DNA of 54,590 bases, counting the filler, from Squatina squatina (Eukaryota): the NCBI GenBank assembly GCA_031763465.1. It is 3 parts of 3 records of this genome, joined end to end, with 100 filler letters (N's around TTAATTAATTAA, not from the genome) between each part and the next. Parts side by side here need not be neighbours in the genome. Positions count along the whole stretch, not along the records: positions 17,923 to 41,340 come from JARFOE010000120.1; 2 more parts are not named here. The stretch is one strand, 5' to 3'. Positions 22,888 through 35,770 of the stretch are shown here, in pieces. Each line of letters starts with the position of its first letter. The stretch's first letter is position 1. Both the position numbers and the translations under genes were made by a program. The notes beneath the pieces are model-generated. The model did no database searches. It worked only from the letters and a program-made list of their open reading frames with translations, and was not told the DNA's origin.

Positions 22888-23937
22888 CTGCCAAGTCAAC
22901 ACACGGAACATTACTAAGACACAGCAGCTAAATAAAGGGTGGATCCCCAGATGAGTGCTCAGCCATTTTAAGGCAAAGTTCTCATCTCTTGTATTTTCTT
23001 CAAAGTCTCTTGGCTTTCCCTCATGTATTTCTGCTGATTCATCCAGCGAGTCAACTGCATTATGCTACCTNNNNNNNNNNNNNNNNNNNNNNNNNNNNNN
23101 NNNNNNNNNNNNNNNNNNNNNNNNNNNNNNNNNNNNNNNNNNNNNNNNNNNNNNNNNNNNNNNNNNNNNNACCGATCTCACCTGCTACCACCCCAGAAAA
23201 GTCAGACCCAAGTTTTTGTTTAAATGACAAAGAACCATTGCTTTTGATGTCGTCACGAGAAGACTACAGGGATAGACTGAGGTGCATGGACTCGGTGTGC
23301 CAGCTTTGATATTGTACAGTACACGGACAAGCTGAGGCAATATTATATCACACACATGCAAAACAGAAGCAAAAACACAGCAAAATGGGACCAAGTGGAA
23401 TATTTCAGATATTATTTTTTGTTCCCAGGACTGAACATCCTTTGACTTCCTTAAGTATTAGAAGGGATAAGGATCAAAAAGACAGGAAGAGATTGGCAAG
23501 TATTACTGAAGGGGCTGTCAATTCACCACAGCCAAAGTTAATGAGGCTGGTTTAACTCGCATAGGGAATTAAGCTAAGGCTTTGATTTTTTTCATTCCCC
23601 ACAGTGCACAGAATGCCAATGTCTGCTTTAACAAGAGGTCTAGTTATTTAAGCACTAAGTCTATAATTCTATGGCACTGGGCATTCTAGCCAGTTAATAA
23701 ATGCAAGTATGCCAATCATATTATAGAAGCCTTGGGTATAGCAGCTTATAATTCACTTGTGATAATTGCTTTGTGAGAAACACCACTGTGTGGCTGTTTA
23801 ACGATTATGAAACCCAAGGAAAGGGAAAGCTTTGCGGTTAAGTAAGCTGCAGCTAGACGGAGTGGAGAACCACCTGCTGGTGGATCTGCACTGGACTGAA
23901 AGCAGAAACTTGGGAGTTGAACTTTGTATGTTCTCAC

Positions 23938-24051
23938 CGTGTTCTTGTTCCTCTGAATTTTTTCCAACTGAACATGGAGGTTTTCCAACTCCAGCATGGT
24001 AGATTTGTGAACCTTCTCTGCCTCTGCACAACGAGCCTTGCTTTCTTCCAA
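23938..24051 (-). CDS. MYO18B: MYO18B coiled-coil exon: LEESKARCAEAEKVHKSTMLELENLHVQLEKIQRNKNT
   Basis: tcctcccaccag| ... ACG|gtgaga, 114 nt, phase 0-0. Confidence 0.87.
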
Positions 24052-24622
24052 CTGGTGGGAGGAAAAGAGAAATGGTTTATGAGTAAGAATTCAACAAGCC
24101 CACACTTAGGTTTTAACTGCAAGAATACCTTCAACTTCACTTCTGATTTTTAAGGGGCATATCAGTGCATCAACAGTACTCTGCGACAAAGTTCGGGGAT
24201 ACAAGATTGTATCCCCTACCTGGCATGAGGGGAGATTCCCATCTCAGCCAAACCATCTGGACAAAGCATCAGGAGAGAGATGCTTGCATAAGAACATAAT
24301 AGAGAAGTAAAAAAGAGCATCAAACCTGCTCTTTCCATGTACCATTCACAATGGAGTCTACCCCATGTTTAATATCCTGAAGAAAATCACTGCATAAATG
24401 CTCCTCGATATTCATTGGTAATCGAGTGAAACACCAGAATAATACTCCATTTGTAAATCTCCACTATTCAACCTTGATCTACTGCTCTCCGCACGGATCT
24501 GTTCCCAAAAAGNNNNNNNNNNNNNNNNNNNNNNNNNNNNNNNNNNNNNNNNNNNNNNNNNNNNNNNNNNNNNNNNNNNNNNNNNNNNNNNNNNNNNNNN
24601 NNNNNNNNNNNNTGCAGCCTAC

Positions 24623-24777
24623 CTTCTTTGTTTTTTCTCCAGCTCATGGTTACGGCTCTGTTGACTTTCCATCAGCACCTTGGTGTCCTCCAGTTCAGAC
24701 ATCAAGCACTTGCTCTTTCTCCTCAGCTGCTGAACATTCCACTTGGCATTCTCATAACTTCCCTGAAGATCTGCAAG
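24623..24777 (-). CDS. MYO18B: MYO18B coiled-coil exon: LADLQGSYENAKWNVQQLRRKSKCLMSELEDTKVLMESQQSRNHELEKKQR
   Basis: poly-T..ggtcag| ... AG|gtaggc, 155 nt; QQSRNHELEKKQ motif. Confidence 0.92.
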
Positions 24778-24843
24778 CTGACCAGGCCAAAAAAAAAAAA
24801 TGACTATTTTATGCACCTTTATGAAATCACTTTTCAGAATCCT

Positions 24844-25129
24844 CAGGGGGAATTTTTACTTACTGACGTGCTGGGAGCGGGAGGTCCGGTAGCACACAGG
24901 AAACATGGAAATCTGGATATCCCTGCACGCTGCGGAGATTTAACTCACTGGAACGTCATTGACAGGTTCCCCGCCTGATTAACAGTCTTGGCTTCCGGTC
25001 AGGCGGGGAGCACTCCGGAGGAGGCCACAGGGCCAGGTGGTTCCGATCTCTGACCCGGGTGTGTTCTGATCCCGGGGTGGCGGGCTGGGGGGCGGAGAGG
25101 GGGATCTGATAATATGGGTGCTTGGGGAC
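24844..25129. mobile_element. GC-rich MITE-like fragment
   Basis: Starts cagggggaatttt; CpG-rich and non-coding. Confidence 0.45.
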
Positions 25130-25229
25130 NNNNNNNNNNNNNNNNNNNNNNNNNNNNNNNNNNNNNNNNNNNNNNNNNNNNNNNNNNNNNNNNNNNNNNN
25201 NNNNNNNNNNNNNNNNNNNNNNNNNNNNN

Positions 25230-25312
25230 GTGACCCCTGGTTCTAGACCCCCCCAGCCAGGGGAAACATCCTCCCTGTATCTACCCTGTCGAGCCCTGAA
25301 AGAATTTTGTAA
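25230..25312 (-). mobile_element. CR1 fragment
   Basis: Similar to 14498-14580. Confidence 0.75.
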
Positions 25313-26257
25313 GTGAAGATACACGGAAGGTGGAAAACAGCAGAGAACAGAATATTTGGAGCTCAGAAGGATCAAGAGAGAAAAGTTGAGAGGTGCAGTG
25401 GCCTTTCGCAGCATTGCTGAAAAAGGATGAAAGGATCTGAAATGAATCAAAGGAAAATGTGACCAGTCAGCTAATGTCAACCTTTAGAGCAACCTGGCAA
25501 CATGGAGGTCCTATTGTTCTGCTCTTTGAACATCCTCTCACATACTACTCTGGAATATCAAAACTGAGCCCCAGTCTCTGCACATTGGTACTAATCTCCA
25601 TAATGCTTGCTATTCTGGTAGGAATAGAATAAAACCATGCTAGTTATTCATACCAGCATTCCATTAAGGGCCAGGCTGACTGCAACAGATAAAAATGTTT
25701 GAAGAAAATATAATAGTAATTCTTTCCCCTGCCATGTGTGTGTGTTATCTACTGATGGTGATAATTAATGTTTTGACAGGTTTTATGCTGAAATAGGAGG
25801 AACTGCAGACCAACTAATTTAATCAGACCTCAAAGAACCTACAACATTAAACGCCTTGCAACATTCTTTATTACCGCACTGAGATTCATAAAAAAGCTTG
25901 TTGTCCCCTGTTTCAATCATGATATTCCACCGAATCATTCTTCTGTTACAATTTTATGACAAATCCATTTATCTCCTAATAAGCCTCAGTATACAGAGTT
26001 TAGCGGTTGGCTGATTGAAGCTTTTCAAATTGATCTCAAATNNNNNNNNNNNNNNNNNNNNNNNNNNNNNNNNNNNNNNNNNNNNNNNNNNNNNNNNNNN
26101 NNNNNNNNNNNNNNNNNNNNNNNNNNNNNNNNNNNNNNNNNAGGTGAGGGTGCTACCAACTCTGCCACTGACAGTTTCAGTGCTGGGGCGGTGGGGGCAT
26201 GGGGTTTGAACAGCCTGTACACCTCTCTGCAGCCGACATCACTAAGCACAAACATAC

Positions 26258-26401
26258 CTCTTTGACTCGAAGATTTTCATCAGCCCTGTTAATGTTAAGC
26301 ATCGGACGGATACTTGACATCAGCTGCCACCACTGCCACTGATGCACCATCCAATACTTCTTGATGTTCTTCTGAATACAGCAAAGAGCTAAACGCTGGG
26401 T
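26258..26401 (-). CDS. MYO18B: MYO18B neck exon: TQRLALCCIQKNIKKYWMVHQWQWWQLMSSIRPMLNINRADENLRVKE
   Basis: ttctttctccag| ... GAG|gtatgt, 144 nt; IQKNI...WxWWxL..xRP neck/rod junction. Confidence 0.92.
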
Positions 26402-26601
26402 CTGGAGAAAGAAAAAAAGCCACCACGGTCAGCTCATTCGACACTGGGGAGTACCGGACTTTCTTAAAGGGAAAGTTCAGGTGCCACGGAACCATATTGT
26501 ATCTAAAATTTACGTTTTATTTCTTCCCCTTCAAATAAACTTTTTTAGATGTGGGCTGTAGGCCATCGTAACCACTAATGCACGTAGCAGGAGAGCCTTA
26601 C

Positions 26602-26730
26602 CTTCATTTTCTTGACTTGTTGTCGAGCAAGGAATCCCTGGCACATGGCCTGCAGCAGGATCAAGTTCCGACAAATCAGCTTCTCGCGCTGTTTCTCCAG
26701 TCGAGAGACGACGCCAGCTTTGAAGAAGAT
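26602..26730 (-). CDS. MYO18B: MYO18B converter/IQ exon: IFFKAGVVSRLEKQREKLICRNLILLQAMCQGFLARQQVKKMK
   Basis: ttcccaccag| ... AAG|gtaagg, 129 nt; IQ motif; splices in frame to the exon at 26401. Confidence 0.93.
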
Positions 26731-26784
26731 CTGGTGGGAAATCAATCCACGTTCAAATGTTAGGTGATTGTTTCATTCCAGTAG

Positions 26785-27195
26785 TGGGTATGGTAACATA
26801 GTGGTTATGTCACTGCACTAATAATCTGGGAGACATGAGTTGAAATCCCACCAAAGCAGCTGTGGAATTTAAATTCAATCAATTAAATGAAAATCTGGAA
26901 TTAAAAACAGCTAATATCAGTAATGGTGACCATGAAACTGTTGTAAAAGACCCATCAGGAAATCTGGTCAGGCCTATACGTGACTCAGACCCACGTCAAT
27001 GTGGTTGACTCTGAACAGCCCTGTGAAATGGCCTGGCAAGCCACAAAGTTGTACCAAACTGCTACGCACTGTGGAGTACCTTCAACACGTGGACTGCAGC
27101 AGTTCAAGAAGGCAGCTCACTACCCCCTTCTCAAGGGCAATTAGGAATGAGCAATAAATGTTGGCCTTGCCAGCAACACCCACATCCCAGGAATT
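26785..27195 (+). mobile_element. tRNA-derived SINE with a Nin-domain-like core and LINE-derived tail
   Basis: Head catagtggtt...gagttgaaatcccacc; core gtaaaagacccatc..gactcagacccac..aatgtggttgactct; tail aagggcaattagg..aataaatg..gccagcaacacccacatccc. Family assignment from memory. Confidence 0.6.
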
Positions 27196-27431
27196 GAGTT
27201 TCAGAGTATCCAAGCTTCTTTGAAGAAACCTGAGTTTTTCTTAAATGCTGACCTTTTGCATGTAATGTGTAAGTGAAGGAGTCAGAAGGATGTGCAGATA
27301 GGGTTAGATGAAGAAGGGTGGGAAGAGGCTTGTGTGGAGCATAACACTGGCATAGGTAATTTGGGCCAAAGGGCCTGTTTCTGTGTTGTAAAATCTCTCT
27401 CAAAAATAATTAACGTAACTTAGTTTATATT

Positions 27432-28073
27432 GACCCAGAAATTCCGGTTGGAGCCTTCCCCCGGGTGCAGGCCTCCGACCGGAAAGATTTCTATGAAAAT
27501 ACCTGGTGGCCTGGGAGGTTCACAGCTTTGTGTTCCTGGGCCTCTGTGTGAACGTCAGTGTAGAGGCCCAGGTATCCGAGCAACGTTTGCGGTTCTTAGN
27601 NNNNNNNNNNNNNNNNNNNNNNNNNNNNNNNNNNNNNNNNNNNNNNNNNNNNNNNNNNNNNNNNNNNNNNNNNNNNNNNNNNNNNNNNNNNNNNNNNNNC
27701 CACGGACCGATCGAGCCGCCATCCCCTCACCTGGCACTTCGACTGGCATGCCAGGCTGGTGTCCCGATCACCACCCTCCCTGGTGGCCCAGTGGGGGGGC
27801 CACCGGGGCACCATCAGGATGGCCAGCATCCCTCCCCTTTAGGGGAGTCCTGGCCACGCTGCTGACGTCTCTCGCTTGGCGCTGAGGCCACGCCAGCAAC
27901 GTCCCCGGCCAGCCGCCCCAGTTCCACCTGAGCGCGAGACCGGCATCACTGCGCCTTGCTCCCCCCCCGGAACGGCAAATTCCATGGCGGGGGGGGCTGG
28001 GCGGGAGCCGGCGCGAAAGATGACAGCTCCTGCCCTGTTACCGCCCCGAAGCAACGCAGGTAAATTTCAGGAC
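27432..28073. mobile_element. GC-rich MITE-like sequence(s), interrupted by a gap
   Basis: Starts gacccagaaattcc and ends aaatttcaggacc, the same terminus type as 47775. Confidence 0.5.
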
Positions 28074-28304
28074 CCAGGAGTCTTCAAAGCCCTGCTGTTC
28101 AGGACTAAACTGATATATTTGGTGAGGAGTTTGATAATAAATAGTTTGAACCAATAGAAAGGATTTTGCCGCAGTGGAATAAATCTCCTTTATACATTGC
28201 GCAGAGAGAAGGAGCCTCCGGCAGCAACAAAATAAGTGAGATCACTAAATGGCTCACGGTACTGTAAGATTGGCTGCTTGCAATGAGGGTGGGAAATTCT
28301 CAGT

Positions 28305-28415
28305 GCAGCATTAGCAGTCACTGCTCTCCAAAGGTTTCATTGTTCAGAATCATTGATGGTTTTCAATGACGTGCTAAGGAGCTATATAAATGCAAGCATT
28401 TCACTTTATTTCTTT
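28305..28415 (+). mobile_element. SacSINE1-like 3' fragment
   Basis: Ends ...aaggagctatataaatgcaagc, as at 33110-33131. Confidence 0.55.
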
Positions 28416-30019
28416 CCCCCACAGCCCTCATATTGAAAATCAATGTTAGCAGTTCTGGCATGTGATGGAGGGGAGCTTCCCTCTCGGGAGAAAAGATAGA
28501 TACGATTCATTTTGAACTCCCTGATCTATGGAGATTTCATTTCAGCGGTGTTCTCATTAATTGTAGTGCAGCGTACTCATTTGCATACATCGCACACCAG
28601 GATCTGCTCATTTGGATGNNNNNNNNNNNNNNNNNNNNNNNNNNNNNNNNNNNNNNNNNNNNNNNNNNNNNNNNNNNNNNNNNNNNNNNNNNNNNNNNNN
28701 NNNNNNNNNNNNNNNNNNCCAAAGGTAACCAATCGTGCAGCAACATGTCAAACTGCTCTCCATCCTCTCAGTCCTCCCCTCTCAATGCTCCAATTGCAAA
28801 AGCAAGGCAGGCAGGCCAAAAATGATGCTCTCTTTAAAACATTTAAGATTGTGAGAGCATCACAGAAGCACAGCCCCCCCTTTAATGGCACAAATATAGC
28901 AACTGAACTGCCTTGATGCTCAGGTTATTAAGTCCAGAGAGCAGTTGTCTTTTATATGACTGGATCATAATGTAACTCAGAGAGACAGCAGGCAGTCAGC
29001 TGGAACTGTGTTGCACTGATAAGGCAAAATGAAGATACGGGGCGATGGACAGCAACGTCAATAACATCAATGCAATAGCACTACACAAACCATGATCACA
29101 GATGCAATTTACTCCGCTCTCTTCTTCTGCCACGGGTCACCTGATAGGATTTGACAATACTTCACAGAGGCACTTGAACAGTAAATTGTGTATCAGTGAC
29201 AAATGACTCGGTCCTAGGCAGGTCTAGAAGATTGCACACCCCAACTCAGCAGGACGACAGCTTCAATTGATCCTACAAGTGTATAATTTAAGGCACTAGT
29301 ATTACAACCTTATCAGTTTCGATATCACCGTTAACATAGAAACTTAAACTGAAGTGCGGGGATCGGCTGCAGTACTGACTGTGGATGTTGCATGGTGTCA
29401 GCGTGCTACAGCGGAACCCAGTACTCATGTTTAAGTTTCTAGGTTAACTGTGCCTCGAAGAATAAATCAGACAGATGTTTACAATCGATGAAACACCCCT
29501 GTACAAACCAATCCTTTATAAGCCGCTTAGACTGTAGTGGAGATTTAACTACACCACTCTATAAAACATGAGCGATATAAAAGATGATGCTTATTAGCTT
29601 TCTTGGGAAGAACTGCCAAGTGACTACTTGCAAATGTGTGAAATGGAAAATAGAGATTTACATGAGCTGCCGTGTTTACCCCATGGTTTTAAATGGTTGA
29701 TTGCAGCAACACACTGTATAATGGCAACAGTCACCATCCACCGTGGTCTGTCTGCAGTAAACGTAACCCATACAATCCGAGCAAAATAACTGTAAGGCCG
29801 TTCAGCAATCCCATCCAACTTCATCTCATTTAGTCACTGTCGGATCAGGGAATATCTTCAATAAGAGAACTACAACACCCAATCCGATAACAACAGCAAC
29901 AATTTCCTACAGAAAAGCAGCAAGGGCAAAGGACATTGATTTTGTCATACCAGTGTACAGAAGGAGCAGGAAATGATGAATACAACAAGGATGGGAAACA
30001 CTCAGTGAATTCAGCTTCA

Positions 30020-30450
30020 AAAGGGCACTGATGCATTGGAGAGGGTCCAAAGAGTGGCAAAGATGTTTCCAGGACATAATGCTTTAACCTATAAGGAGTG
30101 ACGTGCAGAATTTTAACAGATTCACTAGAGAAAAGATTGGTGGGGGGTGTGGTGTACGATCTAAGTTGTAAAACTGCTGAGAGGCAGGAATAATGTAGGT
30201 GTAAGCAGGCTGTTTGACTCCAGCTCTAAGGACAGAACTAGTGGACACAGGTTTAAAATGACCAAAGTTTAAGTAAGATTGGAAGAAGCTTTTTCCCCCA
30301 GAGAATAGTGGATATATGCAACGGGAAATTGAGGCTATGACAATGAATTAATTTAAAACAATCCTGGAAAAATATCTGCTGGATAATGGGATTGGAAGTT
30401 CTAGGGAAAGCTATAGACTGAGATGATCAAATACTTAATGGGACACAATG
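30020..30450 (+). mobile_element. Old, degenerate CR1 3' fragment
   Basis: gcattggagagggtccaaagag...agaactagtggacacaggtttaaa...cccccagagaatagtggat. Confidence 0.6.
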
Positions 30451-30543
30451 GTTCCTGTAATGATGGAGCAAGGGGATGCATTGTTATCTGTAAAACAGAA
30501 GGCTAGGTTTGAATGGTGGAAACGTGAAAGTAGATGAACATTT

Positions 30544-31208
30544 GGGCCTGGAAAATTTGTTGGGTTCGCTCACTCGCCGTAAGTGCAGGATCCCCGCCCA
30601 CCCTCGCCCAAAGCTCCCGTTCTAAATGCCAGGATGCATCAGTAATGGCCGCCCCAGCACAAGCTGATCTGTCCTTATAAAGCAAAATTCCCTGTGTTTT
30701 TTTGCTTGTTAAAATCTCCTCAGCTCCCAGTGGAGCAACTCCAACTAGCAAAAGTAATTGATTATCTCTGGGATCAATTAACTTACACCAGTGAAGGTTT
30801 TGTTCTTTTAGAAGGCCTCAAAGAGTCTTATGCAGGGTTTGGGCTGATGGGCTTCTGACTGTTGTGCGGAGACTGCTCTGAGGCTGAGGGGGAGAAATTG
30901 GCTTGGTTTGCGCCTTACATTAGCAACTGCGGGGGACGGTAACAGGGCGCAGTGGGGTTGCTGACCATGAGCGGCAAATTCACCGATGCCCACGAACTTC
31001 CCTGGCAGTTTTGCACTGGCGCTAGCACTTACCGCCTCGCTCTCTTGCGCCCCATAGATCAGGACGTCATCCAGTGCGCAGCGCCCCGTTAGCTTCCACC
31101 CCCTGCAGTATCGCCGGGCGTCAACAACAGCAGCTGCAGGTGGTGTTGTCACCTCACCTGGCCACTTGGGGAGTGATGTTTAAAGGGGTGGTCAGGTAGG
31201 GCTAAATC
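30544..31208. mobile_element. Adjacent GC-rich MITE-like fragments
   Basis: Termini gggcctggaaaattt (30544) and ggggggagaaattgg (~30887). Confidence 0.45.
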
Positions 31209-31752
31209 NNNNNNNNNNNNNNNNNNNNNNNNNNNNNNNNNNNNNNNNNNNNNNNNNNNNNNNNNNNNNNNNNNNNNNNNNNNNNNNNNNNNNNNNNNNN
31301 NNNNNNNNGTATTACTTGGATCATTGCGTCTATTAAAGCTTCCTACCAAAGGTCCTCCTCCAGCCAACCTCACTGTCCTGAAATCAAAATTCATCGTATA
31401 GCTCCAGCTCATTCTTTCTTGGGTCTTCAACACTCCAGCACCACAGAGCCACTTCCTTCTATCACTTTTCCCTTCTTCCTACAATCTGTAGATTTTTAAG
31501 ACCTAAATGTGATATCACATCATTATTACCCCTGGATTTATCTCGTCTTCTCTTCTGCTCTATTTGACCTTCCTGGCATCTTCCACCATGGGCCTCCGCC
31601 CTCTTGGACAAATATTTGGCGATGTTATGAACAGGGGAAGGCATTTCAGGCAGCAGTGTTGTCTCTGTTTTTCCTTCTACCACCTGCTGCCACCCATCAG
31701 TATTCGCAGCCACAGCTGTTTGTGTATTCTCCTGTGGAGAGGTTGACAATAC

Positions 31753-31895
31753 CTGGAGGTGGGCTGCAGACACACGTCCAGCCTGATTGAAGTCTAGCGA
31801 TGCCACCATTGAGAATCGGGTGGTGGTACTGGTCTGTGGGGTGGACATGGTGCCAAAAGCTCGGAGAATGGTGAACATCGCCTGGATCTTCTCCA
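31753..31895 (-). CDS. MYO18B: MYO18B motor-domain exon (switch I region): EKIQAMFTILRAFGTMSTPQTSTTTRFSMVASLDFNQAGRVSAAHLQ
   Basis: tttttattcag| ... CAG|gtattg, 143 nt; LRAFG...TRFSMV.SLDFN matches MYO18B. Confidence 0.93.
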
Positions 31896-32157
31896 CTGAA
31901 TAAAAATAAGAAATAATTTACAGAGTGACTGCTGCCAACGACCGGAAGCTGCACAAAAGCGTTCTGCGCATGAATCTGTGCTGGTTTAAGCATGAATGTA
32001 CAATAATACACTGGGACCCCGCTATATTGAGTGACTCGATGTAATGCGGGTCCCTCTNNNNNNNNNNNNNNNNNNNNNNNNNNNNNNNNNNNNNNNNNNN
32101 NNNNNNNNNNNNNNNNNNNNNNNNNNNNNNNNNNNNNNNNNNNNNNNNNNNNNNNNN

Positions 32158-32320
32158 AATTTTCAAAGGGAGTTGGACAGGTACTTGAGGATGAGGAACT
32201 TACAGGGTTATGGACAAAAAGCGGGGATGTGGGACTAAGCACGACTGCTCTTTCTCAGACCCAGCACAGGCACAATGGGCTGAAAGGCCTCCTTCTGAGC
32301 TCTAAGTGTCTGTGATTCGG
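32158..32320 (+). mobile_element. CR1 3' end fragment
   Basis: FQRELDRYLRMRNLQGYGQKAGMWD* followed by gggctgaaaggcctccttctg. Confidence 0.8.
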
Positions 32321-32693
32321 TGACTTTGCCCCGCTCCACCAGAGATACCGTTGAAGATGAACAATAGGATGTTGCCTATCTGGTTACTGCTAGTCTTGTA
32401 TTAACAGTTAACCCAGATGGATTAATGTTCCCATTTTATGGTTTATATTTACACGCGGTAGGGTTCATTTATCCTAATTAATAATTTACAGTCCACTGAT
32501 CTTTTTTAAATTTAGCTGTACAGCCTCCTCCTGGATTTAGATGCATTAATGTGCTTTTTAAAAAAAAAACCTATTTTAGTTTGTGTGTGAACTTTGCACT
32601 CCCAAGCTGAGGGGTGATGGTGTTGAACAGCGATTCTGGGCAGGTACAGCCTGCGATTAGTTTATCGCTTTTTTTCCTTCTGGTCTGCCTTCA

Positions 32694-33145
32694 GTGTCAG
32701 CCGTTTCTCAGTGGGTAACACTCTCACCTGAGTCAGAAGGTTCAAGCCCCACTCCAGAGACCAGAGCTCAAAAATTTAGGCTGATGCTCCAGTGCAGTGC
32801 TGAGGGAGAGTTGCATTGTCGGAGCTGCCCTCTTTTGGATCAGATGTTAAGCTGCTGTCTCAGGTAGATGTAAAAGATCCCATTGTAATATTTTGAAGAA
32901 GAGCAGGGGAGTTCTCCCTGGCGTCCTGGCCAATATTTATCCCACAATCAACATCACGAAAAACAGATTACCTGGTAAGTATCACACTGCTGTTTGTGGG
33001 AGCTTGCTGTGCGCAAATTGGCTGCTGCGTTTCCCACATTACAACGGTGACTACACTTCAAAGGTTCTTCGTTGTCTGTAAAGAGCTTCGGGACGTCCTG
33101 AGGCCGTGAAAGGCGCTATACAAATGCAAGCCTTTCTTTTTTCTT
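32694..33145 (+). mobile_element. Near full-length Deu-domain SINE (SacSINE1-like) with L2-type tail
   Basis: tRNA head (ctcagtgggtaacact..ggttcaagcccc), Deu core, tail tgaaaggcgctatacaaatgcaagcctttcttt. Confidence 0.85.
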
Positions 33146-34885
33146 TTTAAATATTCGGCACGTTTAACCACAATTAGTAGCATCCCAGCGTTACTGCCCT
33201 TTCAATATTGAGCCTACAGTTTTCAGTGTAGCTACACTTTCAGAGCAGTTCGTTATTGAAAGGGTCATTTCCCTGGCAAAAGTATTTGACCCTAATCCAA
33301 CAAAATTGGAAGTGCGCAGCAGTAATCATTAGGTGAGAAGTAATGTTAAAATGTCATGTTTCTTCTCTTTTAAGAATAACATATTAGTCAGGAGTAATGA
33401 ACAATGTCACCTGGTTGTCTAACACACTTGCCTGCCCTTTCTGGGAGGTTTCTGTGCCTCATCAGCCTCGCAGGCATGTTTGTCATCAGGAGTGCAAGCT
33501 AAGTTCGGTTTGATTTACATCTATATAAAGCTTTGTGAGTCACGGGGATAAAGAGCTGGGCCCCTTCACCATCGAATAGCTCCCGGCAACCAATTCAGAT
33601 GGGACTTGCTGCTAAATGGAAAGCAAGAGGTCATCCTCAATTTTTAAACGCAATGAGACGCGTGACTTTCAGACTGGGTGTTTCAATATGTGACCTAAAC
33701 AGGTAGTCAGGTAGAACAGCTCGTCTGTAAGCCCGATGGCTCGGGATCTTCACGACAAAATTTGGAAAGAAAGTAAGACCGTTAAACTAAGGGAATTTTT
33801 GCCTTATTTTTTACTACCGTTGTTTAGCAGATGCAGGGAAGGGAAAGGATCTGGGAGTTTCCAACTAACAGGAAGCTCTTACCAATAAAGCAAGTCAAAC
33901 ACCACTTATAACGAGCACGTTGGCATTATGATGATTTGCCTGCGATACGCGGTGTCCAGTTAAACTACAATAGGTCAGGTCTCCTCATTCCAATCTCGGT
34001 GTTAAGCTCCTCATTTCGAACCTCTAACAGACTGAAGCTAGCCAACAGATTCTCGATGGGCTGAAATCAAACATCAGTTGCTGAGGATTAAACGGCTGCC
34101 TATGAATTCACGGCCACTTTCAATTGTGTGTTTTCCCCGTCTCTCCCTCTTCATGGCTCCATTTTGATGCCTCTGATGAAGGCAATTGCCAAGGCAAAGG
34201 GACAATTTCACAAATACAGGGGATTAACGAGGTGCAAACTTACTAAAGAACCTATTGAACAGCCCAAAATAGCTAAGGCGCTTAACACATTATAAGCGGC
34301 GCCTTTGTAATTGATTCCAATGGTACTGGCATTTGGTGAGCACTATTTTCCCGATATAGGCGGCTGTCCAGGCTAAGTGGGGACGGTGAAACTAGAAGTA
34401 CAATATTGTTAAATTACTTCAGGTAATTGGGGGGTGGAGGAGAAGAAAGACAACCATGGAACTCCTTCAGAGTTAATAAAAGGACTGAATTATTCCCACA
34501 ACACGTAGGCATAAAAGGATAGGAAATGAAAGCCCAAGCATAATTATATTGTGCACTTTTTTAAAAAATTAATTCACTAAAAATTGGTGAATTTTAAAGA
34601 AACAAATCTACAGCAACATGACCTAATGGCTTTGGGTGTCTTTTCAGCTTTACTTTCTTCAACACCAGATTTTGCTACAGCGTATATGAAGCATTACAAA
34701 CTAAAATGCAATCACTAATCCTATTCCACACATTTCTTAACCGATTGTGAGCCTTTTATTTTGCTAGCAAAGCTTTCAATATAAAACTGGTCCACCTGAG
34801 ATAGCATGCAATGGACATCTGCAATCAGCATTTCAATTCAGTTGTAAACAATCTAGTGATGGGTTAGTTAATTAAAGATTAAATA

Positions 34886-35272
34886 TCAGCATTGGCTCAG
34901 TCTCACCTGAGTCAGCAGCTCGTTGGTTTAAGGCTCACTCCAGGATTTGAGCATATTTTCTCGGCTAACACTTCAGTGCAGTTCTGAGAGAGCGCTGTGC
35001 TACCAGAGATGCCATCTTTCAGATGAAATGTTAAACTGAAGCCCTGCCTGTTCTCTCAGTTGGACATAAAAGATCCCATGGCACTATTCAAACAAGAGCA
35101 GCTGAATTCTCCCACTGCCATGGCCTACATTTATCCCTCAAATCAATACCCCACAAACAGACTAACTGGTCACTTTCTCATTGCCCTGCATAACACTGGC
35201 AACCACACTTCAAAAGGTAATTCACTGGCACTTTGATGTCCTGAGGATATGAAGGGAGCTATAAAATGCAAT
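34886..35272 (+). mobile_element. SacSINE1-like SINE, degenerate
   Basis: Homologous to 32694-33145. Confidence 0.8.
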
Positions 35273-35302
35273 TTGATAAGCAAAATAGTTCAGCATTTAT
35301 AT

Positions 35303-35346
35303 GAAGGGTTCTGACGAAGGGTGACAGACCTGAAATGTTAACTATC
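35303..35346 (+). mobile_element. Penelope-like terminal fragment
   Basis: ttctgacgaagggtgacagacctgaaatgttaact; family recognised from memory, and short. Confidence 0.45.
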
Positions 35347-35479
35347 NNNNNNNNNNNNNNNNNNNNNNNNNNNNNNNNNNNNNNNNNNNNNNNNNNNNNN
35401 NNNNNNNNNNNNNNNNNNNNNNNNNNNNNNNNNNNNNNNNNNNNNNGTGATCTTCCACTTGTCAGGCAAACCCTAGATG

Positions 35480-35770
35480 TTAGTCAGGTTCTGTTATAGG
35501 CTGGTATGGATTGTTACACTAGTGAAACTGTTGCTATTCAACAACAGGTGCATCACAATCAAGCTTGTCCCTGTCCTCACCTAATACCAATCAGATATCC
35601 AACATGGGTGACTGGATAGCAATCATGAGTAGAGACTAGGGACCCTGGCTGGATTTACCCCTCGCTGGACCAGGGATACCAAGGGCCATTTTAGCAATGC
35701 TGCTGCCCCCCCAACTGAGATTAACCAACTCAACACTGACCAGCGATTGAACGTGGGGCCTCATCTGGTC
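35480..35770 (-). mobile_element. tRNA-derived SINE (second family), degenerate
   Basis: Reverse complement has a B-box-like gttcaatcg..gtgttgagttggttaatctcag head and ccagccagggtccc..attgctatccagtcaccc body; homologous to 37485-37710. Confidence 0.55.

Noticed and set aside
29113-29140. 28-nt minus-strand exon-like piece within MYO18B
   Set aside because: Not frame-preserving, weak donor, and no match to the MYO18B sequence as I recall it.
22751-31895. MYO18A (with SEZ6/CRYBA1) as the identity
   Set aside because: LRAFG..RFSMV, DLETSI.RIADLQ and the neighbouring SEZ6L/CRYBA4 signatures fit the MYO18B paralogue.
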